64,000 nt of DNA from NCBI GenBank assembly GCA_021300395.1, contig JAJTEO010000002.1, positions 6,768 to 70,767 on the forward strand. Reading direction: 5' to 3'. Made by a program: the position numbers and the translations under genes. The first letter of the stretch is position 1, and each line of letters opens with the position of its first letter. This stretch comes from Fluviicola sp. (GTDB lineage: Bacteria > Bacteroidota > Bacteroidia > Flavobacteriales_D > Crocinitomicaceae). A model generated the notes under the pieces. The model was given only the letters and a program-made list of their open reading frames with translations. It was not told the origin of the DNA and made no database searches. Shown here one piece after another: positions 38,595 through 48,971 of this stretch.

Positions 38595-41237
38595 ATGAAA
38601 AAATTCTCAGTATTAGTTGCCGGTATCGTTTTGGTTTCTTGTGGAGTTAAAAACAATAAAACAGAAATGAAAGATTCTCCTGTAGAATCTACTTCTTTCG
38701 AAACTAAGCAAAACAAAACAGAATCAATAAAAGAAACACCTACAAAAAGGTCTATTTATTGGGGTTCAGAAACCGTTTATAATGATCTTGTCCACACAAA
38801 ATTAGAAGTGAGTTTTGATTGGTCAAAATCTAGAATGAATGGACTTGCTACTATTACGTTAAAACCTCATTTTTATGCAACTGATAGCTTAACGCTTGAC
38901 GCTAAAGGAATGGACATTTTAGAAGTTGCATTAAATAACAAAACGCTTACTTACAATTACGATAGTTCTTTTTTAAGAATAAAACTGGATCGGGTTTACA
39001 CTAAAAATGAAAACTATACTTTAAAAATTAAATATGTTGCAAAACCAGATGAAAGAACAACTGGTGGAAGTCAAGCTATTACTTCTGATAAAGGATTATA
39101 CTTCATTAATCCTAAAGGAAGCGATAAGTCTAAAATGCCTCAAATTTGGACACAAGGTGAAACGGAAGCAAGTTCTGTTTGGTTTCCAACGATTGATTCC
39201 CCTAATATGAAATCTACGCAAGAAACTTTCATTACTGTTGATAATAAATATGTAACCCTTTCAAATGGAAAATTGGTTAGTTCAAAAGTTAATCCTGATG
39301 GAACTAGAACTGATTATTGGAAACAAGATTTACAACATGCCCCGTATTTATTCATGATGGGAGTTGGAGAATTTAAAGTGGTTAAAGACTTCTATACTCG
39401 ACCAGATGGAACGAAAATGGAAGTAAACTATTACGTTGAACCGCAATGGGAAAAACACGCAAAAGCAATTTTTGGTGAAACACCTGCTATGATTGGATTC
39501 TTTTCAAAATTATTAGGCGTTGAATATCCTTGGGATAAATACCATCAAATTGTCGTTAGAGATTATGTTTCTGGTGCAATGGAAAATACTGGTGCTGTTG
39601 TTTTTGGTGATTATGTGTATAAATCTAATCGTGAATTATTAGATGAAAATGATCAATCAACTATTGCGCATGAATTATTTCATCATTGGTTTGGGGATTT
39701 AGTAACATGTGAATCTTGGTCTAATTTGACTTTAAATGAATCATTTGCAAACTATTCTCAATACTTATGGGATGAACACCGATATGGATTAGATGAGGCT
39801 GCTTACAATGCTGAAATTGAAGCAGATGGTTATTATCAATCAGCTCAACAAAATGGATATCATAATTTAGTTTGGTTTGATTACGACAATCGTGAACAAA
39901 TGTTTGATGGACACTCTTATAATAAAGGTGGAAGAATTTTACACATGCTTCGATCTTACTTAGGCGATGAAGCTTTCTTCAAAGCAATCAACAACTATTT
40001 GACAAATAATAAATACAAATCAGCAGAATTTCATCAGTTAAGAATGGCTTTTGAAGATGTTTCTGGTGAAGATTTAAACTGGTTTTTCAATCAATGGTAT
40101 TTAGGTTCAGCTCATCCTGTTTTAGATGTTAAACAAACGAAAGATGAAGTAAAACAAACTGTTACAATTAGCATTGACCAAAAACAAAATTTAGAAATGG
40201 CCTCTATTTTTAAATTACCATTGGAAATAGCTGTTTTCGATTCTAAAGGAAAACATTCACATAAAGTGATTGCTGATAATTTACACAATGAATTTACTTT
40301 TAGTTATGAAGGTGATTTAAAATGTGTAATCACGGATGATCAACAAATGTTGTTAGCAAAAGTAAGAGAAGAGAAACCAGCCTATCAATATGTTTATCAA
40401 TACTATAATGGTAAAACTTACAAAGCAAGAAAAGACGCTTTACAGTTTGGAGTAAAAGGAAGTGATTCTACTTCTCAACAGTTGGTTTTAGATGCCATGA
40501 ATGATCCTTTTTGGTACATCAGATCATTAGCAATAGAAAAAGCGAATAAATTAAAAGAAGAAAACAAACTAAAAGGAATTGAAATGTTAAAAGGATTGGC
40601 TAAAAATGATCCAAACTCTCAAGTTCGTTCAAGTGCCCTTTCTTTTTTAGCTAAAAACTTAGAGGATAAAGAATTAGAAACATTATTAACTGCTTGTCTT
40701 CAAACAGAACAATCATATTCAGTTATCTCAACTATATTAAGAGATTTAGGTCAGAAAAATCCAACTTTAGCTATGGAAAAAGCAAAAGTTTTCGAATCTG
40801 AAAATTCTTCAAAAATGTTGGCTGGTATTGGTCAATTATATCAAAGTCATGCACCATTAACTGTTTATCCATTCTTTGAAAATTCTTTAAAAGGAAATAC
40901 ACTACAAGGGTTTGACCAATTAAGCATGATGAATTCATTAACTGTTTTTATGGTGAGACAAAACAATTTAGAAGCTTTAGAAAAATCAGTTCCTGTTTAT
41001 TCTTATTTATCTGAAAATGGTGGGACTTATACTAAAATGTTCTTACCTCAAAACATTAAATATTTACAAGGTTTTATAACTCAAAAAACAGATGAATTGA
41101 ATCAAGAAGCAGAAGCACATGATAAAAACAACAATGCTGCATATGCCAATCAAACGAGACAACAAATAAAAAAATACAAAGATATCAGCTCTCAACTTTC
41201 TAGTTTAGAAGCACCAACTACTGAGATGAAACATTAA
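38595..41237 (+). CDS. pepN: M1-family aminopeptidase N with C-terminal HEAT-like repeats (lipoprotein)
   Basis: GAMEN exopeptidase motif and HELFHHWFGDLVT-x18-NESFANY zinc site. Lipobox-like LVSCG. Confidence 0.9.
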   Translation: MKKFSVLVAGIVLVSCGVKNNKTEMKDSPVESTSFETKQNKTESIKETPTKRSIYWGSETVYNDLVHTKLEVSFDWSKSRMNGLATITLKPHFYATDSLTLDAKGMDILEVALNNKTLTYNYDSSFLRIKLDRVYTKNENYTLKIKYVAKPDERTTGGSQAITSDKGLYFINPKGSDKSKMPQIWTQGETEASSVWFPTIDSPNMKSTQETFITVDNKYVTLSNGKLVSSKVNPDGTRTDYWKQDLQHAPYLFMMGVGEFKVVKDFYTRPDGTKMEVNYYVEPQWEKHAKAIFGETPAMIGFFSKLLGVEYPWDKYHQIVVRDYVSGAMENTGAVVFGDYVYKSNRELLDENDQSTIAHELFHHWFGDLVTCESWSNLTLNESFANYSQYLWDEHRYGLDEAAYNAEIEADGYYQSAQQNGYHNLVWFDYDNREQMFDGHSYNKGGRILHMLRSYLGDEAFFKAINNYLTNNKYKSAEFHQLRMAFEDVSGEDLNWFFNQWYLGSAHPVLDVKQTKDEVKQTVTISIDQKQNLEMASIFKLPLEIAVFDSKGKHSHKVIADNLHNEFTFSYEGDLKCVITDDQQMLLAKVREEKPAYQYVYQYYNGKTYKARKDALQFGVKGSDSTSQQLVLDAMNDPFWYIRSLAIEKANKLKEENKLKGIEMLKGLAKNDPNSQVRSSALSFLAKNLEDKELETLLTACLQTEQSYSVISTILRDLGQKNPTLAMEKAKVFESENSSKMLAGIGQLYQSHAPLTVYPFFENSLKGNTLQGFDQLSMMNSLTVFMVRQNNLEALEKSVPVYSYLSENGGTYTKMFLPQNIKYLQGFITQKTDELNQEAEAHDKNNNAAYANQTRQQIKKYKDISSQLSSLEAPTTEMKH

Positions 41238-41256
41238 TTCATCGCAATTGTTTTTA

Positions 41257-41286
41257 AACGCTCCTTATAAAAGGGGCGTTTTTTTT
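41257..41286 (+). terminator. rho-independent terminator of pepN
   Basis: AACGCTCCTT/AAGGGGCGTT stem, 4-nt loop, T8. Confidence 0.8.
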
Positions 41287-41365
41287 GAGACAATTTTAGT
41301 GTTTAATAAAAATTTAATGTATTAAATAAAGGTGTGTTTTTTATCTTCACTCAAAATTTGCTATT

Positions 41366-42979
41366 ATGATTCCTGAAGAAATAATTGAAACGCCTGTTTC
41401 CTTAAACATGTCACCATACTCAGGTGCTTGGACAAAAGAACAAGCTGCTCATTTGTTACGTAGAACTATGTTTGGTGCTACCTACCAACAAATTCAATCG
41501 TGTGTAACAGATGGTATGAATGCTTCTGTTACTAATTTGCTTTCTGTTCCTGTTATCAATCCTCCTTTGACGACATCTGCAAATGAAGGTATATCTGCAT
41601 TCAATACAACTTGGGTAAATAGTGTTTATCCTTCAGGAGATACCCTACCTACAGAAAATGCTCGTGTATATTCATTGGCAAGTTGGACAATGGAAAAAAT
41701 AAATAAAGAAGGTTTTTCAATTGCTGAAAAGATGTGTTTGTTTTGGCATAATCATTTTGCAGCAGAAGCAACTTTTGATTCAAGAGCAACCTACAATTAT
41801 CATAACTTAATTAGAACACATGCTTTGGGTAATTTCAAACAATTAATTAAGGAAATTACTGTTGATCCTTGCATTTTGTTTTTCTTAAATGGTGTGAGTA
41901 ATCAATCATTTAGTCCGAATGAAAATTATGCGAGAGAATTACTTGAATTATATACAATTGGAAAAGGTCCTTTAATTTCAACTGGAGATTATACCAACTA
42001 TAAAGAACAAGATGTATCAGCTGGTTCTAAAATTTTAACTGGTTGGACTGTTGATGGAATGAAAAGCACAACTTTAACAAGTCCTTTTGCTGTTTTTAAT
42101 CCTGCTTATCACGATATTTCTAATAAAACATTATCCTCTCATTTTAATAACACCGTTGTTTCAGATGGTGGAGATATAGAATATCAAAATTATATAGATA
42201 TCATTTTTCAACAGCCTGAAGTTGCACATTTTATATGTAGAAAAATCTACCGTTATTTTGTTAATTATGATTTAACAACTGATGTTGAAACAAATGTTAT
42301 TCCTATTTTAGCTCAAACATTAATTGATAATAATTACTCGATTTTGAGTGTTATGCAACAACTATTAACGAGTGAACATTTTTATGATATTTCTCTAAAA
42401 GGTACTATTATTAAAAACCCTTGTGAATTGTTGTTTTCAATGCTTAATACTTCTCAATCATCCCCAAATTATGATTTAGCAACGAATTATGAAATGTATT
42501 TAAATATTTATTCATTTTCTGGAAATTTAGGACAATCTTATTTATCTCCTCCTAATGTTGGTGGTTGGACTTCATATTATCAACTTCCTTCTTACAGTAG
42601 GCTATGGATCAATTCAACTTATTTAAAACAACGATTTGATGTTGGTGCTTATGTTTCTTTATATACAGGAATTCAAGTAAATGGAAATTATTTTAAAATT
42701 AATGCACTTCAATTATTGAATGGCTTATCTAATCCTGCTAGTGCTCAAAGCGTAATAAATGATTTATGTTTAGTCTTTTTTCCAAAAGCAATTGATACAC
42801 TTACGAAAACAACGTTGAAAACAATCATGTTAAATGGTTTACCTGATTTCGAGTGGTCTGATCAATACATTGCATATTCTAATGATACAAGTAATAGTTC
42901 TCTTTCTAATCCTATTAAAACAAGAATAGAAACTGTTTTATATAGAATTTTTCAAATGCCAGAATTTCAAACTATTTAA
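41366..42979 (+). CDS. DUF1800 family protein
   Basis: Typical HLLRRTMFG, FWHNHFA, ARELLELYTIG motifs. Paired with DUF1501 downstream, as is usual for this family. Confidence 0.8.
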   Translation: MIPEEIIETPVSLNMSPYSGAWTKEQAAHLLRRTMFGATYQQIQSCVTDGMNASVTNLLSVPVINPPLTTSANEGISAFNTTWVNSVYPSGDTLPTENARVYSLASWTMEKINKEGFSIAEKMCLFWHNHFAAEATFDSRATYNYHNLIRTHALGNFKQLIKEITVDPCILFFLNGVSNQSFSPNENYARELLELYTIGKGPLISTGDYTNYKEQDVSAGSKILTGWTVDGMKSTTLTSPFAVFNPAYHDISNKTLSSHFNNTVVSDGGDIEYQNYIDIIFQQPEVAHFICRKIYRYFVNYDLTTDVETNVIPILAQTLIDNNYSILSVMQQLLTSEHFYDISLKGTIIKNPCELLFSMLNTSQSSPNYDLATNYEMYLNIYSFSGNLGQSYLSPPNVGGWTSYYQLPSYSRLWINSTYLKQRFDVGAYVSLYTGIQVNGNYFKINALQLLNGLSNPASAQSVINDLCLVFFPKAIDTLTKTTLKTIMLNGLPDFEWSDQYIAYSNDTSNSSLSNPIKTRIETVLYRIFQMPEFQTI

Positions 42980-42991
42980 ATAAACGAAAAG

Positions 42992-44545
42992 ATGAAAAGA
43001 AGAGATTTTGTTAAAAATGTATCACTTGCTTCTGTTGCTACACCGTTTATGTTAAAAGGTTTGCAATTTCAAACGATAGCAAAAGAATTATTCGAAACAC
43101 CTAAAAGTACTGAAGATAGAGTTTTAGTAATTGTTAGATTAAGTGGTGGAAATGATGGTTTAAATACCGTTATTCCATTAGATCAATATGATAATTTAAT
43201 GATTCAACGACCAAATATAATTATTCCTGAAAGCTCCATTTTAACATTAAATACTAATAATGGTTTACATCCTGTTATGACAGGTATGAAAAACATGTTT
43301 GACCAAGGAAAATTAAGTATTATTCAAAATGTTGGTTACCCAGAACAAAATAGATCTCATTTTAGATCTATGGATATTTGGGATTCTGGATTAATAACAG
43401 CAAATGCTAGTACTGGATGGGTTGGAAGAAATTTTGATGCCTTATATCCAAATTTCCCAACTGATTATCCAAATTCTACATATACTGATCCTTTCGCTAT
43501 TAGTATGGGTTATCAAGTCGCTGCCAATTGTCAAGGATTAATGGGTAATTTCTCTCATACCGTTGAAGATCCAACAGCTGCATATAACGTTGCTTCATCT
43601 AATGTTGTAAATGATGGAACTTATTTTGGAAGTCACATGGAATTTTTAGCTACTATTATTGATCAAACAAATTCATATGGTGCTAAAATTCAAGCTGCAG
43701 CTAATGCTGGAAATTCGCTTTCAACGTTATACGATCCAAATAATCCTTTAGCTGTTCAATTAAAAAATGTAGCTAAAATGATTTCTGGTGGATTAAATTC
43801 AAAAGTGTATGTTTTAAACATCGATGGTTTTGATACACATGATTCACAAGTCTTATCAACTGATGTAACTGCTGGAAAACATTCTGATCTTGTCAAAAAA
43901 TTATCTGACGCTATTTCAGCTTTTCAGGATGATTTGAATTTATTAGGACTTGAACAACGTGTTGCAGGTATGACTTACTCAGAGTTTGGTAGACAAATTG
44001 CTTCAAATGCAAGTTATGGAACAGATCATGGTGATGCTGCTCCATTATTTTTATTTGGTTCATGCCTCAATAGTCAAATTGTAGGTCCAAATCCGGTCAT
44101 AGGTTCTCAAGTTGTAGATCAATTAGGTATTCCAATGCAAATTGATTTTAGAGACGTCTATGCATCTATTTTGAAAGATTGGTTTCATGTTGATTCAACT
44201 CAAATTCAAACATTATTTGAACACCAAGTTACTTTCTATAATTTATTAGGTGCATGTAATGTTGGTTTAGAAGAAAATACATTATCTAAAGATATTGCTA
44301 TTCTTTACCCAAACCCTGTTTATGAAACGGCTACTTTAAAATTCAATAGTGAAAATGAATGGGTAAAAGTGGATGTAATTGATTTCTCAGGAAAAACGAT
44401 TGATAATCCTATAGATTCTATTATTGAACCAGGTACACACTCAATAATGTTAAATTTAGGACATCTTCAAACGGGAGAATATATTATTTCTATTCAGAAA
44501 CAATCTGGAAACCAAAGTATAAAAATGATAAAAGTGAAAAATTAG
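42992..44545 (+). CDS. DUF1501 (sulfatase-like) protein with Tat signal and T9SS C-terminal domain
   Basis: MKRRDFVKNVSLAS twin-arginine motif, DUF1501 core (GGNDGLNTVIP, GFDTH, GTDHG), last ~85 aa Por_Secre_tail-like (ILYPNPVYETATLKF...IKVKN). Confidence 0.8.
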   Translation: MKRRDFVKNVSLASVATPFMLKGLQFQTIAKELFETPKSTEDRVLVIVRLSGGNDGLNTVIPLDQYDNLMIQRPNIIIPESSILTLNTNNGLHPVMTGMKNMFDQGKLSIIQNVGYPEQNRSHFRSMDIWDSGLITANASTGWVGRNFDALYPNFPTDYPNSTYTDPFAISMGYQVAANCQGLMGNFSHTVEDPTAAYNVASSNVVNDGTYFGSHMEFLATIIDQTNSYGAKIQAAANAGNSLSTLYDPNNPLAVQLKNVAKMISGGLNSKVYVLNIDGFDTHDSQVLSTDVTAGKHSDLVKKLSDAISAFQDDLNLLGLEQRVAGMTYSEFGRQIASNASYGTDHGDAAPLFLFGSCLNSQIVGPNPVIGSQVVDQLGIPMQIDFRDVYASILKDWFHVDSTQIQTLFEHQVTFYNLLGACNVGLEENTLSKDIAILYPNPVYETATLKFNSENEWVKVDVIDFSGKTIDNPIDSIIEPGTHSIMLNLGHLQTGEYIISIQKQSGNQSIKMIKVKN

Positions 44546-44569
44546 TTCTCTTAGCGTTTTATGAAATAA

Positions 44570-44599
44570 AAAAGGTGTTGAAATTCAACACCTTTTTTT
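44570..44599. terminator. bidirectional terminator
   Basis: GGTGTTGAA/TTCAACACC stem with A-run and T-run flanks between convergent genes. Confidence 0.8.
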
Positions 44600-44601
44600 A
44601 A

Positions 44602-45357
44602 TTATATTAAGTTTAATCGACTATTCAAATCATCTCTGTATGAACCTCCAATTGGAACACTTTTCTTATTGTTTTCTAACGTTAAATTAGGGAATTCAAT
44701 CGTTGCTATTTTATCTAAACGAACAATAAATGAACGGTGAACACGAACAAATTCCTCTGTCCCCATTTTTGTTTCAATATCTTTCATTGTTGAATGAACT
44801 GTATATCTTGTATCAGTAGTGTTAATTACCACATAATCTTTCAATGCTTCAATGAAATAAATATCCTTGCAATTTATCTTTACTAATTTACTATTTGACT
44901 TAACAAAAATAAATTCTTTAGATGGTTCTTTATTATCTACAATAGAATATAAATATTCTATCTCTTTTAGCTGTTCTTTTTCTTTTTTATGCTTGTAAAT
45001 TGCCATTTCAATAGAAGTGTGTAAATCTATTTCTTTAAATGGTTTAATAATATAACCATATGGCTCTATTACTTTTGCTTTTGATAAAGTAGATTCATCA
45101 GCATAAGCCGTCAAAAATATAACAGGAATAAATAAGTCTTTTTTAATTAATTCAGCCGCTTCAATTCCATTCATATCACCTTTTAACATTATATCCATTA
45201 ATACAATGTCAGGATGTTCTGAATGAGCTAATTCAATAGCTTTTTCACCAGTAGCAGCTGCTCCAACAACATTGTAACCAAGTTTTTTTAAACTGTGTTG
45301 AATATCTTTTGAAACGATAGACTCGTCTTCAACAACTAAGACGTTAATTTTTGACAT
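44602..45357 (-). CDS. LytTR-family response regulator
   Basis: Receiver (VLVVEDE, DIVLMDIMLKGDMNG) plus LytTR domain. The ATG at 45357 (MSKINVLVV) lies 7 nt after the kinase stop. Confidence 0.85.
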   Translation of the reverse strand: MSKINVLVVEDESIVSKDIQHSLKKLGYNVVGAAATGEKAIELAHSEHPDIVLMDIMLKGDMNGIEAAELIKKDLFIPVIFLTAYADESTLSKAKVIEPYGYIIKPFKEIDLHTSIEMAIYKHKKEKEQLKEIEYLYSIVDNKEPSKEFIFVKSNSKLVKINCKDIYFIEALKDYVVINTTDTRYTVHSTMKDIETKMGTEEFVRVHRSFIVRLDKIATIEFPNLTLENNKKSVPIGGSYRDDLNSRLNLI

Positions 45358-45364
45358 AATAGTG

Positions 45365-47743
45365 TTATTGTTTAGCTTTTTCAAAGGTAATTAAAAATTT
45401 TGTACCATTTGATTTAAAAATTTCAATATTCCCATTTAATTGTTCTGTAAGTGAAACAACTAATTGTAACCCTAAAGACTCTAAATTTTCTATATTAAAA
45501 TCTTCAGGTAAACCAATTCCATTGTCTTCAACAATCAAATGAATAACATTTTCAATTTCTTCTAATTTTATTTTAATTTCTCCTTTTCGATCATTTGGAA
45601 AAGCATATTTGATTGTATTTGTAATTAACTCATTAACCATTAATCCACATGGAATGGCTTGATCTAAAATTAAATCAACAGAAGATAAATCAGTTGAGAA
45701 TGAAATTAAATCTTCATTTATTCTAAAAGATGCTAATAAATTACTTGAAATATTTTGAATGTAATTTGAAAAATTAATAGATGAAAAATTAGTTGTTTTA
45801 TACAAACTTTCATGTATCATAGCCATCGAACGAATTCGATTTCTACTATCTTGAAGTATATCTAAAATCTTTGGATCATGAACAAATGAACTTTGTAAAT
45901 TTAAAATACTCGAAATAATTTGAAGATTATTTTTTACACGATGATGAATTTCTTTTAATAAAATTTCTTTCTCTTGTAACGAAGAAACAATTGCTTTCTC
46001 ATTTTTTTTCTTGTTTGAAATATCATGAGCAACTAACGAAATTTCATATACATTTCCTTCTGTATCAAAAATTGGATTAATAAATAACTCTAACCATTTT
46101 TTCTTACCTTCATAAATATACTTTGCTTCTATACGTTCTGATAATCCGTTTTTTACTTTATTTAATAAGATTTGAAAATATCTTAATTCTTTTGGATTAA
46201 ATAATTTATTAAAGATTAACTGAAAGTTTTGACCGGAATGTAATACATCTCCTGTTAAATGATTAAAATAGGTTTCACTGTGTTTATTAAACGAAGAAAT
46301 TTTATTCTCCATATTAAATATCAATAACAAGGTATTAGACGAACTATCAAAAATTGCTTTATTCCTTAAATATTGATCTTGTAACAGTTTTTCAGTTCTA
46401 ATTCTTTCTGCTATTTCTGCTTTTAATAACTTGTTACCTTCTTCTGCTATCTCAGCTCTCAAAATGGCTTTTGACGCATTTTCTACTTTCGTAATATCAA
46501 TAACTGTCCCTTCAATATGCTGATTGATTTTATCATAATACCAATTAAAAATCAATGTTTTCTTTTTACCTGATTTTAATGTGAATTCAAATTTTTCGTT
46601 TCGTAAAGTTTCATGCTCTTCTAAGTACAAGAATAATCTATTCCATGATTCTTGATCTGAAGCATTAAAAAATTGCTCATCTCTTTGAAAATCATTTTCA
46701 AAAATCATATGAAATGCTTCGTTGCAATCTAATAGATAAGATTCGTTATTTAATGTAAATACACCCGCTTGATTTTTGTAATATAAATTACGATACTTTT
46801 TTTCTCTATTACTTAATTCTAATTGATGTTGTACACTTTCAGAAATATCTTCTAAGCGACACAACCAATATTTTCCGCTTTTTAAAACTAGCAAACCTGT
46901 TTTTAATTCAAACGTTTTTGTTTTGCTATCTATAATTAATTCAACTTGTTTTCTAAAAACTTCTTCACCTTCAATTTTACTAATTACTGTTAACTCATCT
47001 TGTGTGAAAAACTGAATAAACTTTCTGTTTCTTTCTGTTTCATCTTTGTTCTCAATTTGAAAAAAGACATTTGTTTTTTGATTGTAATCAATGATATCAA
47101 TTACATTGTTATTTTTAATTTTAAATAAAATAAACCCAGAACCTGGTTTGTTTACAATCTTTTTTAAATAATCTGAATAATCTTGTACATTGTTAATTAA
47201 CCGTACTCGAGAAACCAAAACTAAAAAAATAGTCGCTGAAAAAACAAATAAAATGATCGTAACATTACCTAATGTTAATTCAGGTTTGTCTACTAATGAG
47301 TAACCATAAATTATAAAAACGTACGTAAATAAAATATAGATAAAGGTTAAATTCAATCGTTGAATCACATGTGCGATTATGGCAAATAAAATAAAAAAGT
47401 AAAAAAAGTGTGTTTGAGAAAATCTGAAATGAACCAAATCTTCAACTGCAAAATAAGTAGCTATAAGAAAATGTGCGTGGAAGAAATACAATAAATAATT
47501 TTTTATGGCTTTTATCTTCCAACAAATCAAAATAAATAGTGGGAAAAAAATCGAAAAGGATAAACAGATATTAAAGTAAACTTTAGGTAAATCTGAGTTA
47601 TACGAAAAAAGACAAAAAATAGGAGAAACGATAAATGCACCGATGCTATATAAAATTGTCAACCGGCGAAAATCATTTTCTTTTTCGTAATAATTAAAAA
47701 ATTGTTTTTCGGCAACTTTTAAGAGTTTAAATCGTTCCAACAT
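45365..47743 (-). CDS. multi-TM PAS sensor histidine kinase (HisKA_2 type)
   Basis: About 6 N-terminal TM helices, PAS-like repeats, H-box EIHHRVKNNLQIISSILNLQ, HATPase (NELITNTIKYAF, DNGIGLP). Confidence 0.85.
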   Translation of the reverse strand: MLERFKLLKVAEKQFFNYYEKENDFRRLTILYSIGAFIVSPIFCLFSYNSDLPKVYFNICLSFSIFFPLFILICWKIKAIKNYLLYFFHAHFLIATYFAVEDLVHFRFSQTHFFYFFILFAIIAHVIQRLNLTFIYILFTYVFIIYGYSLVDKPELTLGNVTIILFVFSATIFLVLVSRVRLINNVQDYSDYLKKIVNKPGSGFILFKIKNNNVIDIIDYNQKTNVFFQIENKDETERNRKFIQFFTQDELTVISKIEGEEVFRKQVELIIDSKTKTFELKTGLLVLKSGKYWLCRLEDISESVQHQLELSNREKKYRNLYYKNQAGVFTLNNESYLLDCNEAFHMIFENDFQRDEQFFNASDQESWNRLFLYLEEHETLRNEKFEFTLKSGKKKTLIFNWYYDKINQHIEGTVIDITKVENASKAILRAEIAEEGNKLLKAEIAERIRTEKLLQDQYLRNKAIFDSSSNTLLLIFNMENKISSFNKHSETYFNHLTGDVLHSGQNFQLIFNKLFNPKELRYFQILLNKVKNGLSERIEAKYIYEGKKKWLELFINPIFDTEGNVYEISLVAHDISNKKKNEKAIVSSLQEKEILLKEIHHRVKNNLQIISSILNLQSSFVHDPKILDILQDSRNRIRSMAMIHESLYKTTNFSSINFSNYIQNISSNLLASFRINEDLISFSTDLSSVDLILDQAIPCGLMVNELITNTIKYAFPNDRKGEIKIKLEEIENVIHLIVEDNGIGLPEDFNIENLESLGLQLVVSLTEQLNGNIEIFKSNGTKFLITFEKAKQ

Positions 47744-48441
47744 TCTTATTTATATTTTTATATATAATTAAATATCAATTACTTAATTGTATATTTTAAG
47801 TTCATTTCAACCATTCTAACTGAATGTACATTTTTAATTTCAAAAAACCTATTTTCTCTTAGTCTCTTCTTTTGAATATAAATAAAATAAAGAATTTTTT
47901 AAATAAAGAAAACTTATTCTATTTATTAGTGATGTTCATATGTTTAAAAAAAGCTTAACTTTTAATTGCTAATCTGACTTATCAAAAATATATGGGTTAT
48001 TATTAACAAACTTAAGTTATTTAATGTTATAGTTTTTGAAGCATTTACAACGTTATTAACAAAAAAGACTTAAAATGATTTTGTGTATTACTTTTTTATG
48101 AATTCAATATAAATTCTGTGTTAAAAACGTTGGTAATTTCTCCAAAACTTTGTCAAACTTTTAGTCTTTAATTCAACTATTCTTTTGTTTGTAATTATAA
48201 ATTTAATATCCAAAACAATTCTTTTAGAACTTATAAACACCTATTAACAATTGAGTTTCATTTTGTGTTTGAATTTTAATTTATTAAACTACTCATTTTC
48301 AATTGTTCTTAATTTCATAATTTTCCATAATGTTTACAATTAACACCAATTGTTAATAGTGAACAAAACAATTCGTTTTTGTCATTATTTTCTTATTTCA
48401 GATAATAAATCATTCATTAACTTTACAAAAAATTCAAGTTT

Positions 48442-48882
48442 ATGAGCAAAATTATCATTCCAATAGGTGCAGATCACGCAGGATTTGAACTAAAAGAAGT
48501 ATTAAAATCTTATTTATCTGAAAAAGGATACGAAGTTAAAGATTTTGGTTGTCATTCTACAGAAAGTATCGATTATCCTGATTATGCTCATCCAGTAGCG
48601 AATTTGATAGAGGAAAATGAAGGAATGAAAGGAATTCTTATCTGTGGTTCTGGTAATGGTATAAACATGACTGCAAATAAACATCAAGGTATTAGAGCTG
48701 CTTTATGTTGGAAAAATGAAATAGCTGAATTGGCTAGACAACATAACAATGCAAATATTTTAGTTTTACCTGCACGTTTTATTTCTGAAGAGGAAGCAAA
48801 ACAAATGGTAGAAACTTTTTTCACAACAGAATTTGAAGGAGGAAGACATCAAAATAGAGTGAATAAAATTGCTTGTGTTTAA
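48442..48882 (+). CDS. rpiB: ribose 5-phosphate isomerase B
   Basis: IGADHAGFELK, ILICGSGNGINMTANK, RHQNRV motifs. Confidence 0.92.
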   Translation: MSKIIIPIGADHAGFELKEVLKSYLSEKGYEVKDFGCHSTESIDYPDYAHPVANLIEENEGMKGILICGSGNGINMTANKHQGIRAALCWKNEIAELARQHNNANILVLPARFISEEEAKQMVETFFTTEFEGGRHQNRVNKIACV

Positions 48883-48913
48883 TTAGATTCAAGACTTAAA
48901 GATTCAAGATAGT

Positions 48914-48951
48914 AAGACTTATATTCGTTATGGATGTAAGTCTTTTTTTTT
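48914..48951 (+). terminator. rho-independent terminator of rpiB
   Basis: AAGACTTA/TAAGTCTT stem, 15-nt loop, T9 tail. Confidence 0.6.
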
Positions 48952-48971
48952 CAGTCTTGAATCTTATTATC

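Noticed and set aside
47744-48441. Possible oriC or CRISPR leader in the 698-bp AT-rich spacer
   Set aside because: There are no DnaA boxes, no regularly spaced direct repeats and no cas genes. It is kept only as a regulatory-motif observation.
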